Shown: one piece after another, positions 9,546 through 20,324 of the stretch
Layout of the letters: each line of letters starts with the position of its first letter
Position numbering within the stretch: the stretch's first letter is position 1
Source: Candidatus Nanopelagicales bacterium
GTDB taxonomy: Bacteria > Actinomycetota > Actinomycetes > S36-B12
Reading direction: 5' to 3'
DNA: 64,000 nt
Assembly: GCA_018609125.1 (NCBI GenBank)
Contig: JABAYF010000023.1
Location: forward strand, 209-64,208
The notes under the pieces: model-generated
What the model saw: only the letters and a program-made list of their open reading frames with translations
Database searches by the model: none
Told to the model about the DNA's origin: nothing
Position numbers and translations under genes: made by a program

Positions 9546-10475
9546 GTGCGATTAGGTGTCTTAGACGTGGGTTCTAACACAATTCATCTGCTCGTAGTCG
9601 ATGCCCACTACGGCGCTGCCCCACTACCGGCTTCAAAATCCAAAAAGGTGCTTCGGCTCGCCGAAAATCTCGGTCCGGACGGGTGCATAGCCGCCACCAC
9701 CATTGACCAACTCATCGCGTTCATCCGGGAGGCACTCGTTTCGGCCGAGGATCTCGGGGTCACCGAGATCATTGCTTTTGCGACATCGGCGATTCGGGAT
9801 GCTCCCAACGGCGATGAAGTGCTCGCCGCGGTGTGTGACCAGACCGGTGTTGAGTTAGACATCCTCAGCGGCGAAGCAGAGGCACGATTGACCTACCTGG
9901 CCGTTCGCCGATGGTGGGGGTGGTCGGCAGGCCGCATTCTCATGATCGATATCGGCGGTGGGTCGCTGGAAATCGCAGCCGGAACGGATGAGGAACCAGA
10001 CATCGCGGTGTCCCTGCCGTTGGGCGCCGGCCGGTTGACCCGTGACTTCATGGCGAGTGATCCACCCGATCCGGACAGTGTGCGCGAATTACGTCGCCAT
10101 GTGCGCACTGCGATCGCAGAGGTGGCTGGTCGCGTGACCAGGGCGGGTGAGCCGCGTTTATGTGTTGCCACGAGCAAGACGATGCGCCAGTTGGCGAGAA
10201 TCACCGGAGCCGCCGCGTCCAGTGAAGGTCTGCACGTGCGCCGCGTTCTGCGCCGAGAAGATCTGCATTCCTGGGTGATGAAACTTGCCGAGATGACATC
10301 GCCAGATCGTGCGCGGTTGCCCGGAGTCTCCGAGTCGCGTGCCCCGCAACTGGTGGCCGGGGCAATCGTTGCCGAGGCTGCGATGGACATTCTCGGGGTT
10401 GCCGCCCTCGACATTGGCCCCTGGGCGCTACGCGAGGGTGTGATCCTGCGCCACCTTGACGGGCTACCACGATGA
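9546..10475 (+). CDS. ppx: Ppx/GppA family exopolyphosphatase
   Basis: N-terminal [14 protein letters not shown] and DIGGGSLE, the ASKHA-fold phosphate-binding motifs of Ppx/GppA. Confidence 0.88.
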   Translation: MRLGVLDVGSNTIHLLVVDAHYGAAPLPASKSKKVLRLAENLGPDGCIAATTIDQLIAFIREALVSAEDLGVTEIIAFATSAIRDAPNGDEVLAAVCDQTGVELDILSGEAEARLTYLAVRRWWGWSAGRILMIDIGGGSLEIAAGTDEEPDIAVSLPLGAGRLTRDFMASDPPDPDSVRELRRHVRTAIAEVAGRVTRAGEPRLCVATSKTMRQLARITGAAASSEGLHVRRVLRREDLHSWVMKLAEMTSPDRARLPGVSESRAPQLVAGAIVAEAAMDILGVAALDIGPWALREGVILRHLDGLPR

Positions 10476-12838
10476 CTGACTTGGGGGTCGACGCAGGTCT
10501 CACCGACACCGAGGTTGCGGAACGAATCTCCCGCGGTGAGTTCAATGATGCGCCCTCGGCGCATTCACGCAGTCTGGCCAGCATTATTCGCTCCAATACG
10601 TTCACCTATTTCAATGCACTGATCGGCAGTTTCTGGATCGTCATGCTGTTCGTCGCACCGATTCAAGACTCCCTGTTCGGATTCGTGATCGTGGCAAACA
10701 CATTGATCGGGATCACCCAGGAATGGCGAGCCAGTCGCACACTGGCGAAACTTTCGGTGGTGGGCGAAGCCCAAATCATGGTGCGTCGAGACGGGGTCAA
10801 TGTGGAGGTGAGTCCGCGAGGGGTGGTGCTCGATGACCTAGTGGTGCTGCGCACAGGTGACCAACTCGTGGTGGATGGCGAAGTGGTGGAATCTGATGGT
10901 CTAGAAATTGATGAGAGTTTGCTCACCGGTGAAGCGGACCCGGTAGATAAAGACGTGGACGATATCGCCATGTCCGGCTCGTTTGTGGTGGCCGGATCTG
11001 GGGCCTACCGGGCCACGCGGGTGGGGAAGGATTCCTTTGCGGCTGGTTTGACCACCCAGGCTCGGGTATTCACGCTGACCAGGTCAGAACTCCGCGATGC
11101 CATTAACTCCTTCATTCGGTTGGCGTCGATTCTGATCATTCCCATCGGCGCGCTGCTGATGTGGTCTCAATTGCTTGCAGAGCAACCGGTCAAGGACGCC
11201 ATCCGCGGCACCATCGCCGGTGTGGTGACGATGGTGCCAGAAGGACTGGTGCTGCTGACCAGCATTGCCATGGCCGTCTCGGTTATCCGTCTTGCCCAGC
11301 GCAGTGTGCTCGTTCAGGAACTACCGGCTGTTGAGGTACTGGCACGGGTGGACACCATGTGTGTGGATAAGACCGGCACGTTGACCGAACCCGGCATGGC
11401 AGTGCAAGAAGTTGTACCCATCGATACGAGCGCGGACCTACCCGCCATCCTGGGTGCCCTTGGCTCGGCAGAAGAATCACCTAACCCGACCCTGCGGGCG
11501 ATTGCCGAGGCGTATGTCACGCCGCCAGGGTGGAACCTCACCGCGTTGCTTCCCTTTTCTAGTGCCCGAAAGTGGTCTGCTGCAACATTTACTGGACGCG
11601 GCACATACTTCCTTGGCGCCCCCGAAGTGTTACTTGAGCATGGTCATGCCGACGTTCTCACGCGTGCAGACGAGCGGGCCGCCCAGGGTGCTCGGGTACT
11701 GGCTGTCGCTCGCAGCTTAAGTGAGGAACCACCAAACGTTGAATCGGGCGCGGGTGAAGTGGTTCCGTTAGCGCTGGTCATCATCGACCAGGTGCTACGA
11801 CCGGATGCGGCTGAAACTGTGGCCTATTTCCTTGATCAGCAGGTTCGAGTCAAAGTAATCTCTGGTGATAACCCGGTCACCGTGGGGGCTATCGCGGCCC
11901 GTGCCGGCATCCCCGGAGCTGATCAGCCGATGGATGCGCGAGATCTGCCCGAGGATCCAGCCGGGTTGGCTGAACCAGTTGATGTACATGCAGTTTTCGG
12001 ACGCGTTACCCCGACCCAAAAGCAAGCAATGGTTGGCGGGCTGCACCTTCGCGAACGGACCGTCGCGATGACCGGGGACGGGGTAAATGATGTGCTGGCG
12101 CTAAAGCAGGCTGACCTTGGCATTGCGATGGGTTCTGGTGCGCCTGCCACAAGAGCCGTGGCGCAGATCGTGCTGATGAAGAATAAGTTCTCGGTGATGC
12201 CCAGCGTGGTCGCCGAGGGTCGACGGGTGCTTGGCAATATTGAGCGCGTCGCCGATGTGTTCATCACCAAAACCTTTTATGCATCCGTAATCTCACTCGT
12301 GGTCGGGCTGAGCGCCGTGGCGTCGTTGCTCTTCGCAATCGATGCGGTGGAGTTCCCCTTCCTGCCACGGCACTACACGCTGATCAGCGCGCTCACCATT
12401 GGCATACCGGGGTTCTTTCTTGCACTTATGCCCAATACGCAACGTTTTCGTCCCGGTTTCCTCAGGCGCGTGCTCCTCTTTACGGTGCCAGCAGGGGTGA
12501 TTGCGGCCGGGGTTTCGCTGGGTAGTTATTCGTGGGAATTGGGGGTTGCAGACAACGTTGATGATGCTCGAACAGCTGCAACGGTCACACTTTTTCTTGT
12601 GGCAACCGCGGTACTGGCGCAGTCTGCGCGCCCGCTCAACCCGCTGCGCTGGGGCATTGTTTTATCGATGGTTTTACTCTTCGTCTTGGTTATCGCAGTT
12701 CCGGTCGGTGCGAGCTTTTTTGCCCTGACCATTTCACTTGGCCCAAACATGTTGGCACCGCTGATGTTCGGGCTCATGGGTGCAATGTTGGTGTGGATTG
12801 CCACCATCGTGACTGACCGATGGCGACGACCTCAGTGA
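10472..12838 (+). CDS. Cation-translocating P-type ATPase
   Basis: 788 aa with DKTGTLT phosphorylation site, TGES-like [28 protein letters not shown] hinge and multiple TM helices. ATGA overlap with ppx. Confidence 0.92.
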   Translation: MTDLGVDAGLTDTEVAERISRGEFNDAPSAHSRSLASIIRSNTFTYFNALIGSFWIVMLFVAPIQDSLFGFVIVANTLIGITQEWRASRTLAKLSVVGEAQIMVRRDGVNVEVSPRGVVLDDLVVLRTGDQLVVDGEVVESDGLEIDESLLTGEADPVDKDVDDIAMSGSFVVAGSGAYRATRVGKDSFAAGLTTQARVFTLTRSELRDAINSFIRLASILIIPIGALLMWSQLLAEQPVKDAIRGTIAGVVTMVPEGLVLLTSIAMAVSVIRLAQRSVLVQELPAVEVLARVDTMCVDKTGTLTEPGMAVQEVVPIDTSADLPAILGALGSAEESPNPTLRAIAEAYVTPPGWNLTALLPFSSARKWSAATFTGRGTYFLGAPEVLLEHGHADVLTRADERAAQGARVLAVARSLSEEPPNVESGAGEVVPLALVIIDQVLRPDAAETVAYFLDQQVRVKVISGDNPVTVGAIAARAGIPGADQPMDARDLPEDPAGLAEPVDVHAVFGRVTPTQKQAMVGGLHLRERTVAMTGDGVNDVLALKQADLGIAMGSGAPATRAVAQIVLMKNKFSVMPSVVAEGRRVLGNIERVADVFITKTFYASVISLVVGLSAVASLLFAIDAVEFPFLPRHYTLISALTIGIPGFFLALMPNTQRFRPGFLRRVLLFTVPAGVIAAGVSLGSYSWELGVADNVDDARTAATVTLFLVATAVLAQSARPLNPLRWGIVLSMVLLFVLVIAVPVGASFFALTISLGPNMLAPLMFGLMGAMLVWIATIVTDRWRRPQ

Positions 12839-13641
12839 CGTCAATACCTGTTGCTCTGTCGTCTTCTTCAGTTTATCCCGAGTCCACCGCTGCTGCATTT
12901 GAAATCGCGGCCGCATTGGGTTATGACGGAGTTGAAGTCATGGTGATGAACGATGCAACGAGCCAGGACTCGGTAGCGTTACGCCAATTGCGCGAGCACT
13001 ACCAAGTTCCCATTATCGCCCTGCACGCACCATGCCTTTTGGTTACTCAGCGTGTGTGGGGTACCGATCCGTGGGGAAAACTTATTAAGGCACAGCAAGC
13101 AGCGGAGTTGCTGGATGCCAAGACGGTAGTCGTTCACCCGCCATTTCGGTGGCAGCGTGACTATGCACGAGATTTTGTGGCAGGTCTGGAGCGAATGCGG
13201 TCGGCCACCGACGTGCAGTTTGCCGTGGAAAATATGTATCCATGGCGGGCCCGATCGCGCGAGGTAGGTGCTTATGCGCCCGGCTGGGATGTGCGCGATG
13301 AGGACTACGCCCACACCGTGCTCGACCTTTCGCACACGTCGGTTTCAGGAACCGATGCGGTCCTCATGGCGCATGACCTGCGGGATCGGTTAAGTCATGT
13401 ACATCTGGCTGATGGCAGCGGATCTAATCGAGACGAACATCTCGTGCCCGGGCGCGGTAATCAACCATGCGCGGAGGTCTTGCGCGATCTCGTACAACAC
13501 GGTTTCATCGGCACCGTTGTGGTCGAGGTTTCCACGCGTCGCGCTGCGTCACGGCAGGAGCGATTGGTCGACCTTGCTGAGGCGCTGGCCTTCGCGCGGG
13601 AACACCTCACCTCGACGGCCGCTAACGGACCGCACAGTTAG
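12820..13641 (+). CDS. Sugar phosphate isomerase/epimerase (xylose isomerase-like TIM barrel)
   Basis: 273 aa. The pattern of AP-endonuclease-2/xylose-isomerase-like barrels is present (GYDGVEV.., VVHPP.., [16 protein letters not shown]). Confidence 0.72.
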   Translation: MATTSVTSIPVALSSSSVYPESTAAAFEIAAALGYDGVEVMVMNDATSQDSVALRQLREHYQVPIIALHAPCLLVTQRVWGTDPWGKLIKAQQAAELLDAKTVVVHPPFRWQRDYARDFVAGLERMRSATDVQFAVENMYPWRARSREVGAYAPGWDVRDEDYAHTVLDLSHTSVSGTDAVLMAHDLRDRLSHVHLADGSGSNRDEHLVPGRGNQPCAEVLRDLVQHGFIGTVVVEVSTRRAASRQERLVDLAEALAFAREHLTSTAANGPHS

Positions 13642-13651
13642 GCTGATCGTC

Positions 13652-14326
13652 ATGGCAGCCGATGCAGGTGGAGGTATAGGTGCGTCTGGTGGCCCCGATT
13701 CTGGTGGCTCGTCGGTGGGCATCGGTGGACTTGATCCGCGTGCGGCAGTTCTGGCAGCCGCTCGAGGAGCATTCGCAGCCAGGGGCTACGCCCGAACCAC
13801 GATCAAGGGTGTGGCTGCAGCCGCCGGGGTAGCGCCAGAGGTCATGCGTCGGTACTACGACAACAAGGGAGACCTATTTGCAGCGGCGATGCGTCTGCCG
13901 ACGGAGCCGTCCGTAGCGGTGCCCGCTCTCCTCGCTCCCGGAATCGAAGGACTAGGCGATCGCCTGGTGCGTTTCACCCTGGACGCTTTGGAGGACCCCG
14001 AGGTTCGCGCTGATCTGCTCGGCATCGTCAAGGCAGGTGGCAATGCCTACACATCTAGTCGGACTTTTCAAGAGTTCATTGAAGCTGGAGTGATCGACCG
14101 CGTCGTCACCGTCTTAGGTGTCCCCGATGCTCGAATGCGGGTGGCGCTGATCAGTTCCTACCTGCTCGGCATCGCAACGGCGCGCTATGTCCTGCGCATC
14201 GAACCCCTTGCTTCCGCTTCGGAAGAACACATCGTACGCATGGTTGGTCCAACCCTGCAGGGGCTCATAGATCCTCGTATTCCACTCGCGACTGATCCGA
14301 GAGAAGCTGGCGGCGCCGACCTGTGA
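13652..14326 (+). CDS. TetR family transcriptional regulator
   Basis: HTH region ARGYARTTIKGVAAAAGVAPEVMRRYYDNKGDLF. I take the ATG at 13652 as the start, because the ORF-track start at 13397 lies inside the upstream gene. Confidence 0.85.
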   Translation: MAADAGGGIGASGGPDSGGSSVGIGGLDPRAAVLAAARGAFAARGYARTTIKGVAAAAGVAPEVMRRYYDNKGDLFAAAMRLPTEPSVAVPALLAPGIEGLGDRLVRFTLDALEDPEVRADLLGIVKAGGNAYTSSRTFQEFIEAGVIDRVVTVLGVPDARMRVALISSYLLGIATARYVLRIEPLASASEEHIVRMVGPTLQGLIDPRIPLATDPREAGGADL

Positions 14327-15129
14327 TCGCCATTTTGGGTGCGGGCGTGATGGGCGAAACATTTATCGCCGGGCTGCTTGCCAGCGGGACCGCTGCTAGC
14401 GACTTAGTCATGAGTGAAAAGTTTGCTGCACGAGCCGCAGAGATGAGTGCAAAATATCGGGTACCGGTGCGAGAACCCGCCGCCGCAGCTGCCGAAGCCG
14501 ATGTCATTCTCATCGTGGTTAAGCCGCACGATGTTGCGCCGTTGCTCGCCCTGATCTCAGGTGATGTTAGGCCCGGAACCATCGTCGTTTCGCTGGCAGC
14601 GGGAATCACTCTGGCTGATTTGCATCGCGGTCTAGGTACTGGCGTTGTCTGCATGAGAGCCATGCCCAATACGCCAGCGCTGGTTGGGGCCGGCATGACG
14701 GTGCTATCAGTTGACGCCAATACTTCGGCTGCAGACGAAGCCCGCATCAAGGCGCTCCTCGACAGTGTCGGTGAAACAGCGTGTTTGCCAGAGGAACTAC
14801 AAGATGCAGTGACGGCCATCTCCGGTAGCGGGCCCGCCTATGTTTTTGCTTTCATGGAGGCGCTGGAAAAGGCCGGCGTTGAGATGGGACTGCCGGCGGA
14901 AGTCTGCCGCAAATTAGTGCAGCAGACAGTTTATGGGGCGTCGAAATTGGCGATGGAATCTGAAACCGACCCCGGTGAACTTCGGCGTCGGGTGACCTCT
15001 CCCGGAGGTACAACGCAGGCTGCGCTCACCGAGTTCAACGCGGGTGGGTTCGGTGATTTGATTGATCGTGCAGCGCATGCTGCACGAGATCGCAGTCAAG
15101 AACTTGGATCAGCTGGTCAGCGTGGGTGA
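14323..15129 (+). CDS. proC: Pyrroline-5-carboxylate reductase
   Basis: N-terminal IAILGAGVMG Rossmann motif and the SPGGTTQAAL signature. Confidence 0.93.
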   Translation: MIAILGAGVMGETFIAGLLASGTAASDLVMSEKFAARAAEMSAKYRVPVREPAAAAAEADVILIVVKPHDVAPLLALISGDVRPGTIVVSLAAGITLADLHRGLGTGVVCMRAMPNTPALVGAGMTVLSVDANTSAADEARIKALLDSVGETACLPEELQDAVTAISGSGPAYVFAFMEALEKAGVEMGLPAEVCRKLVQQTVYGASKLAMESETDPGELRRRVTSPGGTTQAALTEFNAGGFGDLIDRAAHAARDRSQELGSAGQRG

Positions 15130-16318
15130 GTCACTCACGGTGGTCTGGGACGACGCGCTGAAGGCCTACGATTTTGGTCCGGGCCATCCCCTGGCGCCGG
15201 TCAGAGTTCAACTGGCTATGCGGCTGATCTCTGATTTCGGATTATTGGGTCACAACGGGGTCGATGTGCACAGTCCGGTTACTCCCGCCTCCATTGATGA
15301 TGTGCTTCGTGTTCATGATGCGGCGTATGTTCAAGCGGTGCAGCGAGTTTCGCATGACTCGACCAAGACTGACCTGGCTCGGGGCTTAGGTACAGCCGAT
15401 GATCCGGTATTTGCCGGCATGCATGAAGCATCGCTGCTCGTCTGCGGTGCGACCATGGCCGCAGCGCGCGCTGTGCACCGGGGAGATTCGCTGCACGGGG
15501 TCAATCTTGCCGGTGGACTTCATCACGCGATGCCCGGTGCGGCGTCAGGTTTTTGCGTATATAACGACATCGGTGTCGCGATCGCATGGTTACTGGCTCA
15601 GGGCGTGGAGCGCATTGCCTACATTGACGTTGATGTGCACCACGGAGATGGTGTTCAGGCCATGTTCTATGACGACCCGCGCGTGCTCACCATCTCCATT
15701 CACGAGAGTCCGAAGTCGCTATTTCCCGGTACGGGATATGCAACCGAGACCGGTGGCCCCAATGCGCAAGGCAGCGCCGTCAACATCGCACTCCCTGCGG
15801 GCACCGGCGATCAGGGATGGTTGCGTGCGTTTCAGGCAGTGGTGCCAGATGTCCTGGAAGCCTTTGCTCCACAGATAATCGTGAGTCAGCACGGTTGTGA
15901 CAGTCACTTTGATGACCCGCTTGCCCACCTGACCCTGTCGATTGACGGCCAACGTGCGAGCTATGAATCGATCCATCGTTGGGCGCATCGGTTCTGTGAT
16001 GGTCGCTGGATAGCGGTGGGGGGTGGCGGATATGAGTGGGTCGATGTGGTGCCCCGAGCGTGGACGCACCTCGTTTCTGAGGCGGCCGGTCACCCGATTG
16101 CCCCGGATACTGCCGTTCCCGAAAGTTTTGGTGATTTCGTGCAGGAGGCCCTGGGCCGTCCAGCACCGGCTCATATGACCGACGGACGTCATCCGTGGGC
16201 GAAACCCTTCGACGCTGGATTCGATGCAAATGACCCGGTCGATAGCGCGGTCCTAGAGACCAGGGCGGCGGTTTACCCCTGGCACGGACTCGCGGTTGAC
16301 CCTGATCCATGGTTTTAG
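15122..16318 (+). CDS. Histone deacetylase/acetoin utilization (AcuC) family deacetylase
   Basis: HHAMPGAASGFCVYND and DVDVHHGDGVQ catalytic motifs. The start is either the GTG at 15122 (8-nt overlap with proC) or the TTG at 15062. Confidence 0.88.
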   Translation: MGESLTVVWDDALKAYDFGPGHPLAPVRVQLAMRLISDFGLLGHNGVDVHSPVTPASIDDVLRVHDAAYVQAVQRVSHDSTKTDLARGLGTADDPVFAGMHEASLLVCGATMAAARAVHRGDSLHGVNLAGGLHHAMPGAASGFCVYNDIGVAIAWLLAQGVERIAYIDVDVHHGDGVQAMFYDDPRVLTISIHESPKSLFPGTGYATETGGPNAQGSAVNIALPAGTGDQGWLRAFQAVVPDVLEAFAPQIIVSQHGCDSHFDDPLAHLTLSIDGQRASYESIHRWAHRFCDGRWIAVGGGGYEWVDVVPRAWTHLVSEAAGHPIAPDTAVPESFGDFVQEALGRPAPAHMTDGRHPWAKPFDAGFDANDPVDSAVLETRAAVYPWHGLAVDPDPWF

Positions 16319-16405
16319 TGGGCCCATTCTTGGGATTGCCTGCACGCGGGGGAGTCCTAGCCACTAACCTTCCAGTCGATACCTGGAGTTGAGGAGAGCG
16401 ACCGG

Positions 16406-16642
16406 ATGGCCGAGCCAAATGAAAGCGCCCCGCGCGAAAGCGCTGGCATGCCGAGTTCGATGTCGGCGGTTACCTTCATGACCGTTGCTGAAGTGGCGTC
16501 GGCTTTGCGGGTGTCGAAGATGACCGTCTACCGACTGGTGCACTCCGGTGAACTTCCCGCCGTGCGCGTGGGTCGCTCGTTTCGCGTACCCGAGAAAGCA
16601 GTGCAGGAGTACCTACGTACCTCCTTCTTTGAGGCCGGCTAG
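16406..16642 (+). CDS. Excisionase-family helix-turn-helix DNA-binding protein (conserved actinobacterial)
   Basis: 78 aa with MTVAEVASALRVSKMTVYRLVHSGELPAVRVGRSFRV, the classic MerR/excisionase-type HTH. It sits between proC and bS22, as in mycobacteria. Confidence 0.8.
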   Translation: MAEPNESAPRESAGMPSSMSAVTFMTVAEVASALRVSKMTVYRLVHSGELPAVRVGRSFRVPEKAVQEYLRTSFFEAG

Positions 16643-16786
16643 GGCGATGAGCACCGCGGCACCTGTGGGAGATCGCCCCGATGTGCACCGAGCACTCGGG
16701 TTGAAGTAGGGTCAGGCGATCCTGAAAGAGGAGTTGCCGAAACGCTCGGCCGACTCACCGTCTTACGTCAGTGAATGAGGTCGTCG

Positions 16787-16885
16787 ATGGGCTCCGTGGT
16801 CAAAAAGCGCCGCAAGCGCATGGCCAAGAAAAAGCACCGCAAGCTGTTGAAGCGCACGCGGGTGCAGCGCCGCAATAAGAAGTAA
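16787..16885 (+). CDS. 30S ribosomal protein bS22 (32 aa)
   Basis: Not in the ORF track because it is too short. Translates as [42 protein letters not shown] lies 6 nt upstream. The sequence is nearly invariant across Actinobacteria. Confidence 0.88.
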   Translation: MGSVVKKRRKRMAKKKHRKLLKRTRVQRRNKK

Positions 16886-16897
16886 GCCCATCTGGAT

Positions 16898-17989
16898 GTG
16901 CTCGTGGGTACGCTGACGCCCATGGGTCGGACAATCCTCGTCACGGGAGCCGCACGCCATTTGGGTGCGCGCATGTGTCGCGTGCTGTCTCATGAGATGT
17001 CCGTCGATCGGGTGATCGGCGTTGATGTGGTGCCGCCAAGATCAGATCTTGGTCGCGCGGAATTTATTCGAGCAGACATCCGTAACCCGGTGATCGGCAA
17101 GATTATTGGCGCCGCTGCGGTCGACACGGTTGTTCACATGGGGGTCATTGCCACCCCACTGCAAGCCGGTGGGCGTGCGACCATGAAAGACATCAACGTG
17201 ATCGGCACAATGCAATTGCTCGCAGCGTGTCAAAAGTCTGACTCTGTCCAGCGCCTCATCGTGAAATCGACGGCCTCCGTCTACGGTTGCGGCCCACGTG
17301 ATCCGGTGATGTTCACCGAAGAAACTGCCCCCCAACACCCACCCACGTCGGGTTGGGCTAAGGACTCCGTTGAGGTTGAGGGCTATGTGCGGGGGTTTGC
17401 GCGCCGGCGTAGTGACGTGGCTGTCACGATTTTGCGCTTCGCCAACATTATTGGCCCCGATGTAGATACCGCGATGACCTCGTATTTTTCCCTGCCGGTC
17501 ATTCCGACCGTTTTCGGCCATGACGCCAGGCTTCAGTTCGTGCACGAGGACGATCACCTTGAAGCCACCCGGTTGGTGAGCCTGAGTGAGGAACCCGTGA
17601 GCGGGGTTTTCAACGTGTCCGGTGCTGGCGTGATCATGCTTTCCCAGGCCGTTCGCCGTATCGGTCGCCCGGCGCTGCCGGTGATCGGCGGACTGCTCGG
17701 CACCGCTGGGCGCAGCATGGGATCAACGGGTCTCGCTGATTTTTCGGCGGAACAGGTGCGATATCTGACCTTCGGGCGTGCGATCGATACATCCAGAATT
17801 GAAGATGAGTTGGGGTTTTGGCCGCGCTGGACAACGGCTGAGGCTTTTGCTGATTTTATTCGAGGTCACCATGTGCAGCCGCTGGTACCCACAGCATCGT
17901 TACTATCTGCTCAACAGCGCATATTGTCAGTGCTGACCACGGTGGGTGGTTTGGTACCAACTCGAGCGGGCGGGAGCCACGGTGGGTGA
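16898..17989 (+). CDS. NAD-dependent epimerase/dehydratase family protein
   Basis: N-terminal ILVTGAARHLG Rossmann motif, 363 aa. Confidence 0.8.
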   Translation: MLVGTLTPMGRTILVTGAARHLGARMCRVLSHEMSVDRVIGVDVVPPRSDLGRAEFIRADIRNPVIGKIIGAAAVDTVVHMGVIATPLQAGGRATMKDINVIGTMQLLAACQKSDSVQRLIVKSTASVYGCGPRDPVMFTEETAPQHPPTSGWAKDSVEVEGYVRGFARRRSDVAVTILRFANIIGPDVDTAMTSYFSLPVIPTVFGHDARLQFVHEDDHLEATRLVSLSEEPVSGVFNVSGAGVIMLSQAVRRIGRPALPVIGGLLGTAGRSMGSTGLADFSAEQVRYLTFGRAIDTSRIEDELGFWPRWTTAEAFADFIRGHHVQPLVPTASLLSAQQRILSVLTTVGGLVPTRAGGSHGG

Positions 17990-18935
17990 CGCACAGGTTT
18001 TCGCGTTCGATGCTGATGCACGCCGCCGTGGCGAAGAGCCCGGTGGTGTGCAAAGCGTTTCCGGTGTTGACGCTGCAACGCCTGAACCTGATGCCGGCGA
18101 CGAGGTCGGTGCCCTAGATCGGGCGGCCGACTTCATTCGCCGCAGGCTCACCGGTGAGTACGAGGTTGATGAGTTTGGCTTTGATCCGCAACTACTAGAC
18201 ACGGTGTTGATGGCTGCGATGCGTCCGCTTTATCGGTCGTGGTTTCGGGTTCAGGTGCAAGGGTTGGACAACGTGCCTGACGAGGGTGGCGCCCTGGTGG
18301 TGGCGAATCATTCCGGCACCATTCCCGTCGATGCCGTCATGACCCAGTTGGCCCTACTCGACGATCACCCCGCACAGCGTCATCTGCGCATGCTCGGAGC
18401 TGACCTGGTGTTTCGGTTGCCGGTGGTGAGTGAGATTGCCCGCAAAGCCGGTCACACGCTGGCATGCATGCCAGATGCGGAAAGACTTCTTTCGGCCGGT
18501 GAGGTCGTGGGTGTGTGGCCGGAAGGGTTTAAGGGCATTGGAAAACCCTTTACCGAACGCTATAAGTTGCAGCGTTTTGGTCGCGGTGGATTTGTGGCCG
18601 CCGCTGTGCGCACCGGTGCTCCGATTATTCCCACTGCCATCGTCGGCGCAGAAGAGATCTACCCCAAAATCGGCAATGCAAATGCGCTTGCTCGTTTACT
18701 GGGGATTCCATATTTTCCGCTCACTCCAACGTTTCCATGGCTTGGCCCACTCGGACTGGTGCCGCTGCCAAGTCGGTGGATCATCTCTTTCGGCGAGCCG
18801 ATCCCTACCGATCATCTCCCCGCGGGGGCCGCCGATGACCCGATGCTGATTTTGGAAATGACCGACCGGGTGCGAGAAACAATCCAACAGAGTCTGTATC
18901 GGGTGCTTGTGCAGCGTCCATCAGTTTTTCGTTGA
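17946..18935 (+). CDS. Lysophospholipid (PlsC-family) acyltransferase
   Basis: HX4D motif NHSGTIPVD and a downstream EGFKG block. The start is either the GTG at 17946 or the GTG at 17979. Confidence 0.8.
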   Translation: MVWYQLERAGATVGDAQVFAFDADARRRGEEPGGVQSVSGVDAATPEPDAGDEVGALDRAADFIRRRLTGEYEVDEFGFDPQLLDTVLMAAMRPLYRSWFRVQVQGLDNVPDEGGALVVANHSGTIPVDAVMTQLALLDDHPAQRHLRMLGADLVFRLPVVSEIARKAGHTLACMPDAERLLSAGEVVGVWPEGFKGIGKPFTERYKLQRFGRGGFVAAAVRTGAPIIPTAIVGAEEIYPKIGNANALARLLGIPYFPLTPTFPWLGPLGLVPLPSRWIISFGEPIPTDHLPAGAADDPMLILEMTDRVRETIQQSLYRVLVQRPSVFR

Positions 18936-18936
18936 T

Positions 18937-19884
18937 CTAGCGTCGAGCCAGGCGCCCGGCGGCATAGCCCAGGGACATGCCAGCGGCCACTCCCATGCCG
19001 GCGGCGAACGCCGGTGCTGCTTTGCGCACGTGTGCGCGGCGGCGAAAATCTCGCACGGGCCAGTCATTTGCCTGGGCATGGTGGCGCAGGGTTGAATCGG
19101 GATTGACTGCGATGGGCCGCCCAACACTGGCGAGCATCGGAATGTCGTTAGCGGAGTCTGAGTAGGCCGAGCAACGCGTGAGATCCAGGTTTTCGCGAAG
19201 TGCAAGCGCGCGAACTGCCTCCGCTTTGGCGACTCCGTGCAGGGGGCTGCCCACAAGGCGACCGGTGTAGATGCCATCCACCACCTCGGACACGGTGCCC
19301 AATGCCCCGGTGAGGCCAAGGTGTGCGGAAACGATGGTTGCTAATTCAACCGGGGTGGCCGTCACCAGCCAAACACGTTGACCGGCATCAAGATGTCCCT
19401 GCGCCAAGGCGAGAGTTCCTGGAATCAGCTTGTCTACCAGGGACTCAGCGAACACTTCCTGACCGAGATCAACGAGTTCACGTACTGAACGGCCCGCCAC
19501 GAAGGACAGGGCAGCTTCGGTAGCGGAGGCCATGTCTTCTGGGTCCTCCGACCCGCTCAGCACGAACTTCAACTGCTTGGCGGCGAAACCCATGAGCTCG
19601 GCGGTGGAGAAAAACCGACGCCTGGCCAGGCCAGCCGCGAAGTGAAAAATGCTTGCGCCCTTCATCAGGGTGTTATCGACATCAAAAAAGGCGGCACCCC
19701 TTGGATCGCGACCGGGATTGGCTTCGGCTACGTCGGCCGCTGCCGCCGCGGCCACTCCGGCGGTGCGGTAGGAGTTCAGCACGCTTTGCCTATCCCGGCT
19801 AGCGGCGGGTGAGTTGCTCACGGCTACAGCGTAGGCCAGCAGTGGCGGTAGCCGGGAAACCCCTGCGCGTTGCACACTGGCCAC
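18937..19884 (-). CDS. HAD-IB family hydrolase (SerB-like phosphatase)
   Basis: FFDVDNTLMKG motif I, VTATP motif II and a SDSANDIPML motif III/IV region. Confidence 0.82.
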   Translation of the reverse strand: MASVQRAGVSRLPPLLAYAVAVSNSPAASRDRQSVLNSYRTAGVAAAAAADVAEANPGRDPRGAAFFDVDNTLMKGASIFHFAAGLARRRFFSTAELMGFAAKQLKFVLSGSEDPEDMASATEAALSFVAGRSVRELVDLGQEVFAESLVDKLIPGTLALAQGHLDAGQRVWLVTATPVELATIVSAHLGLTGALGTVSEVVDGIYTGRLVGSPLHGVAKAEAVRALALRENLDLTRCSAYSDSANDIPMLASVGRPIAVNPDSTLRHHAQANDWPVRDFRRRAHVRKAAPAFAAGMGVAAGMSLGYAAGRLARR

Positions 19885-19913
19885 CGGAAATCATCGCGTG
19901 ACACCATGGTGGG

Positions 19914-20180
19914 GTGATGGAAGGCGATGTGGTCCCTGCTGCAAGCCGGGTCGAACTCATCACCCGCGCCGGTTGTCACCTGTGTGACGACGCGCGAGCT
20001 GTTGTCAGCGCCGTGTGCGCGGAACTATCGATGGGGTGGAGCGAACGGGACCTTGCCGGTGACCCCGGACTCGCCGACCAATACTCCGATCTCATTCCGG
20101 TGGTCTTGGTGGACGGTATCGAACATGCCGCGTGGCGAGTGGATGCCGTCGCTTTGACGAGGGCGCTACGCAAACCATAG
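19914..20180 (+). CDS. Glutaredoxin-like small thiol-disulfide protein
   Basis: 88 aa with a CHLC active-site motif near the N-terminus in a thioredoxin-fold-sized protein. Confidence 0.7.
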   Translation: MMEGDVVPAASRVELITRAGCHLCDDARAVVSAVCAELSMGWSERDLAGDPGLADQYSDLIPVVLVDGIEHAAWRVDAVALTRALRKP

Positions 20181-20197
20181 CTCGTATGTTCGTTTAT

Positions 20198-20225
20198 CGG
20201 ACGCTTACGTCCGTTGAATTTTGTC
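20198..20225 (+). terminator. Weak intrinsic-terminator-like hairpin after the glutaredoxin-like gene
   Basis: CGGACG-CTTA-CGTCCG (20198-20213) followed by TTGAATTTTG. The stem is only 6 bp, so this is tentative. Confidence 0.3.
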
Positions 20226-20324
20226 TATCGGCGTACGAATGCCTAATCTTGCCCACATTCGTTCCGGGTGCCTTCATCGGACCCGATCTGTCCTCTTCCC
20301 CCTCCTGTAGGAGCACCGAGCCCC

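Noticed and set aside
13397-13651. N-terminal extensions offered by the ORF track for the TetR gene, and likewise for nuoD (38997), nuoE (40349), nuoI (46131), the hadB-like gene (60919), cobA/hemD (20268) and the nuoI-like gene (57882).
   Set aside because: Each extension lies inside the preceding gene in another frame. Internal ATG/GTG codons that overlap or abut the upstream stop (ATGA, TGATG) give proteins starting at the conserved N-termini.
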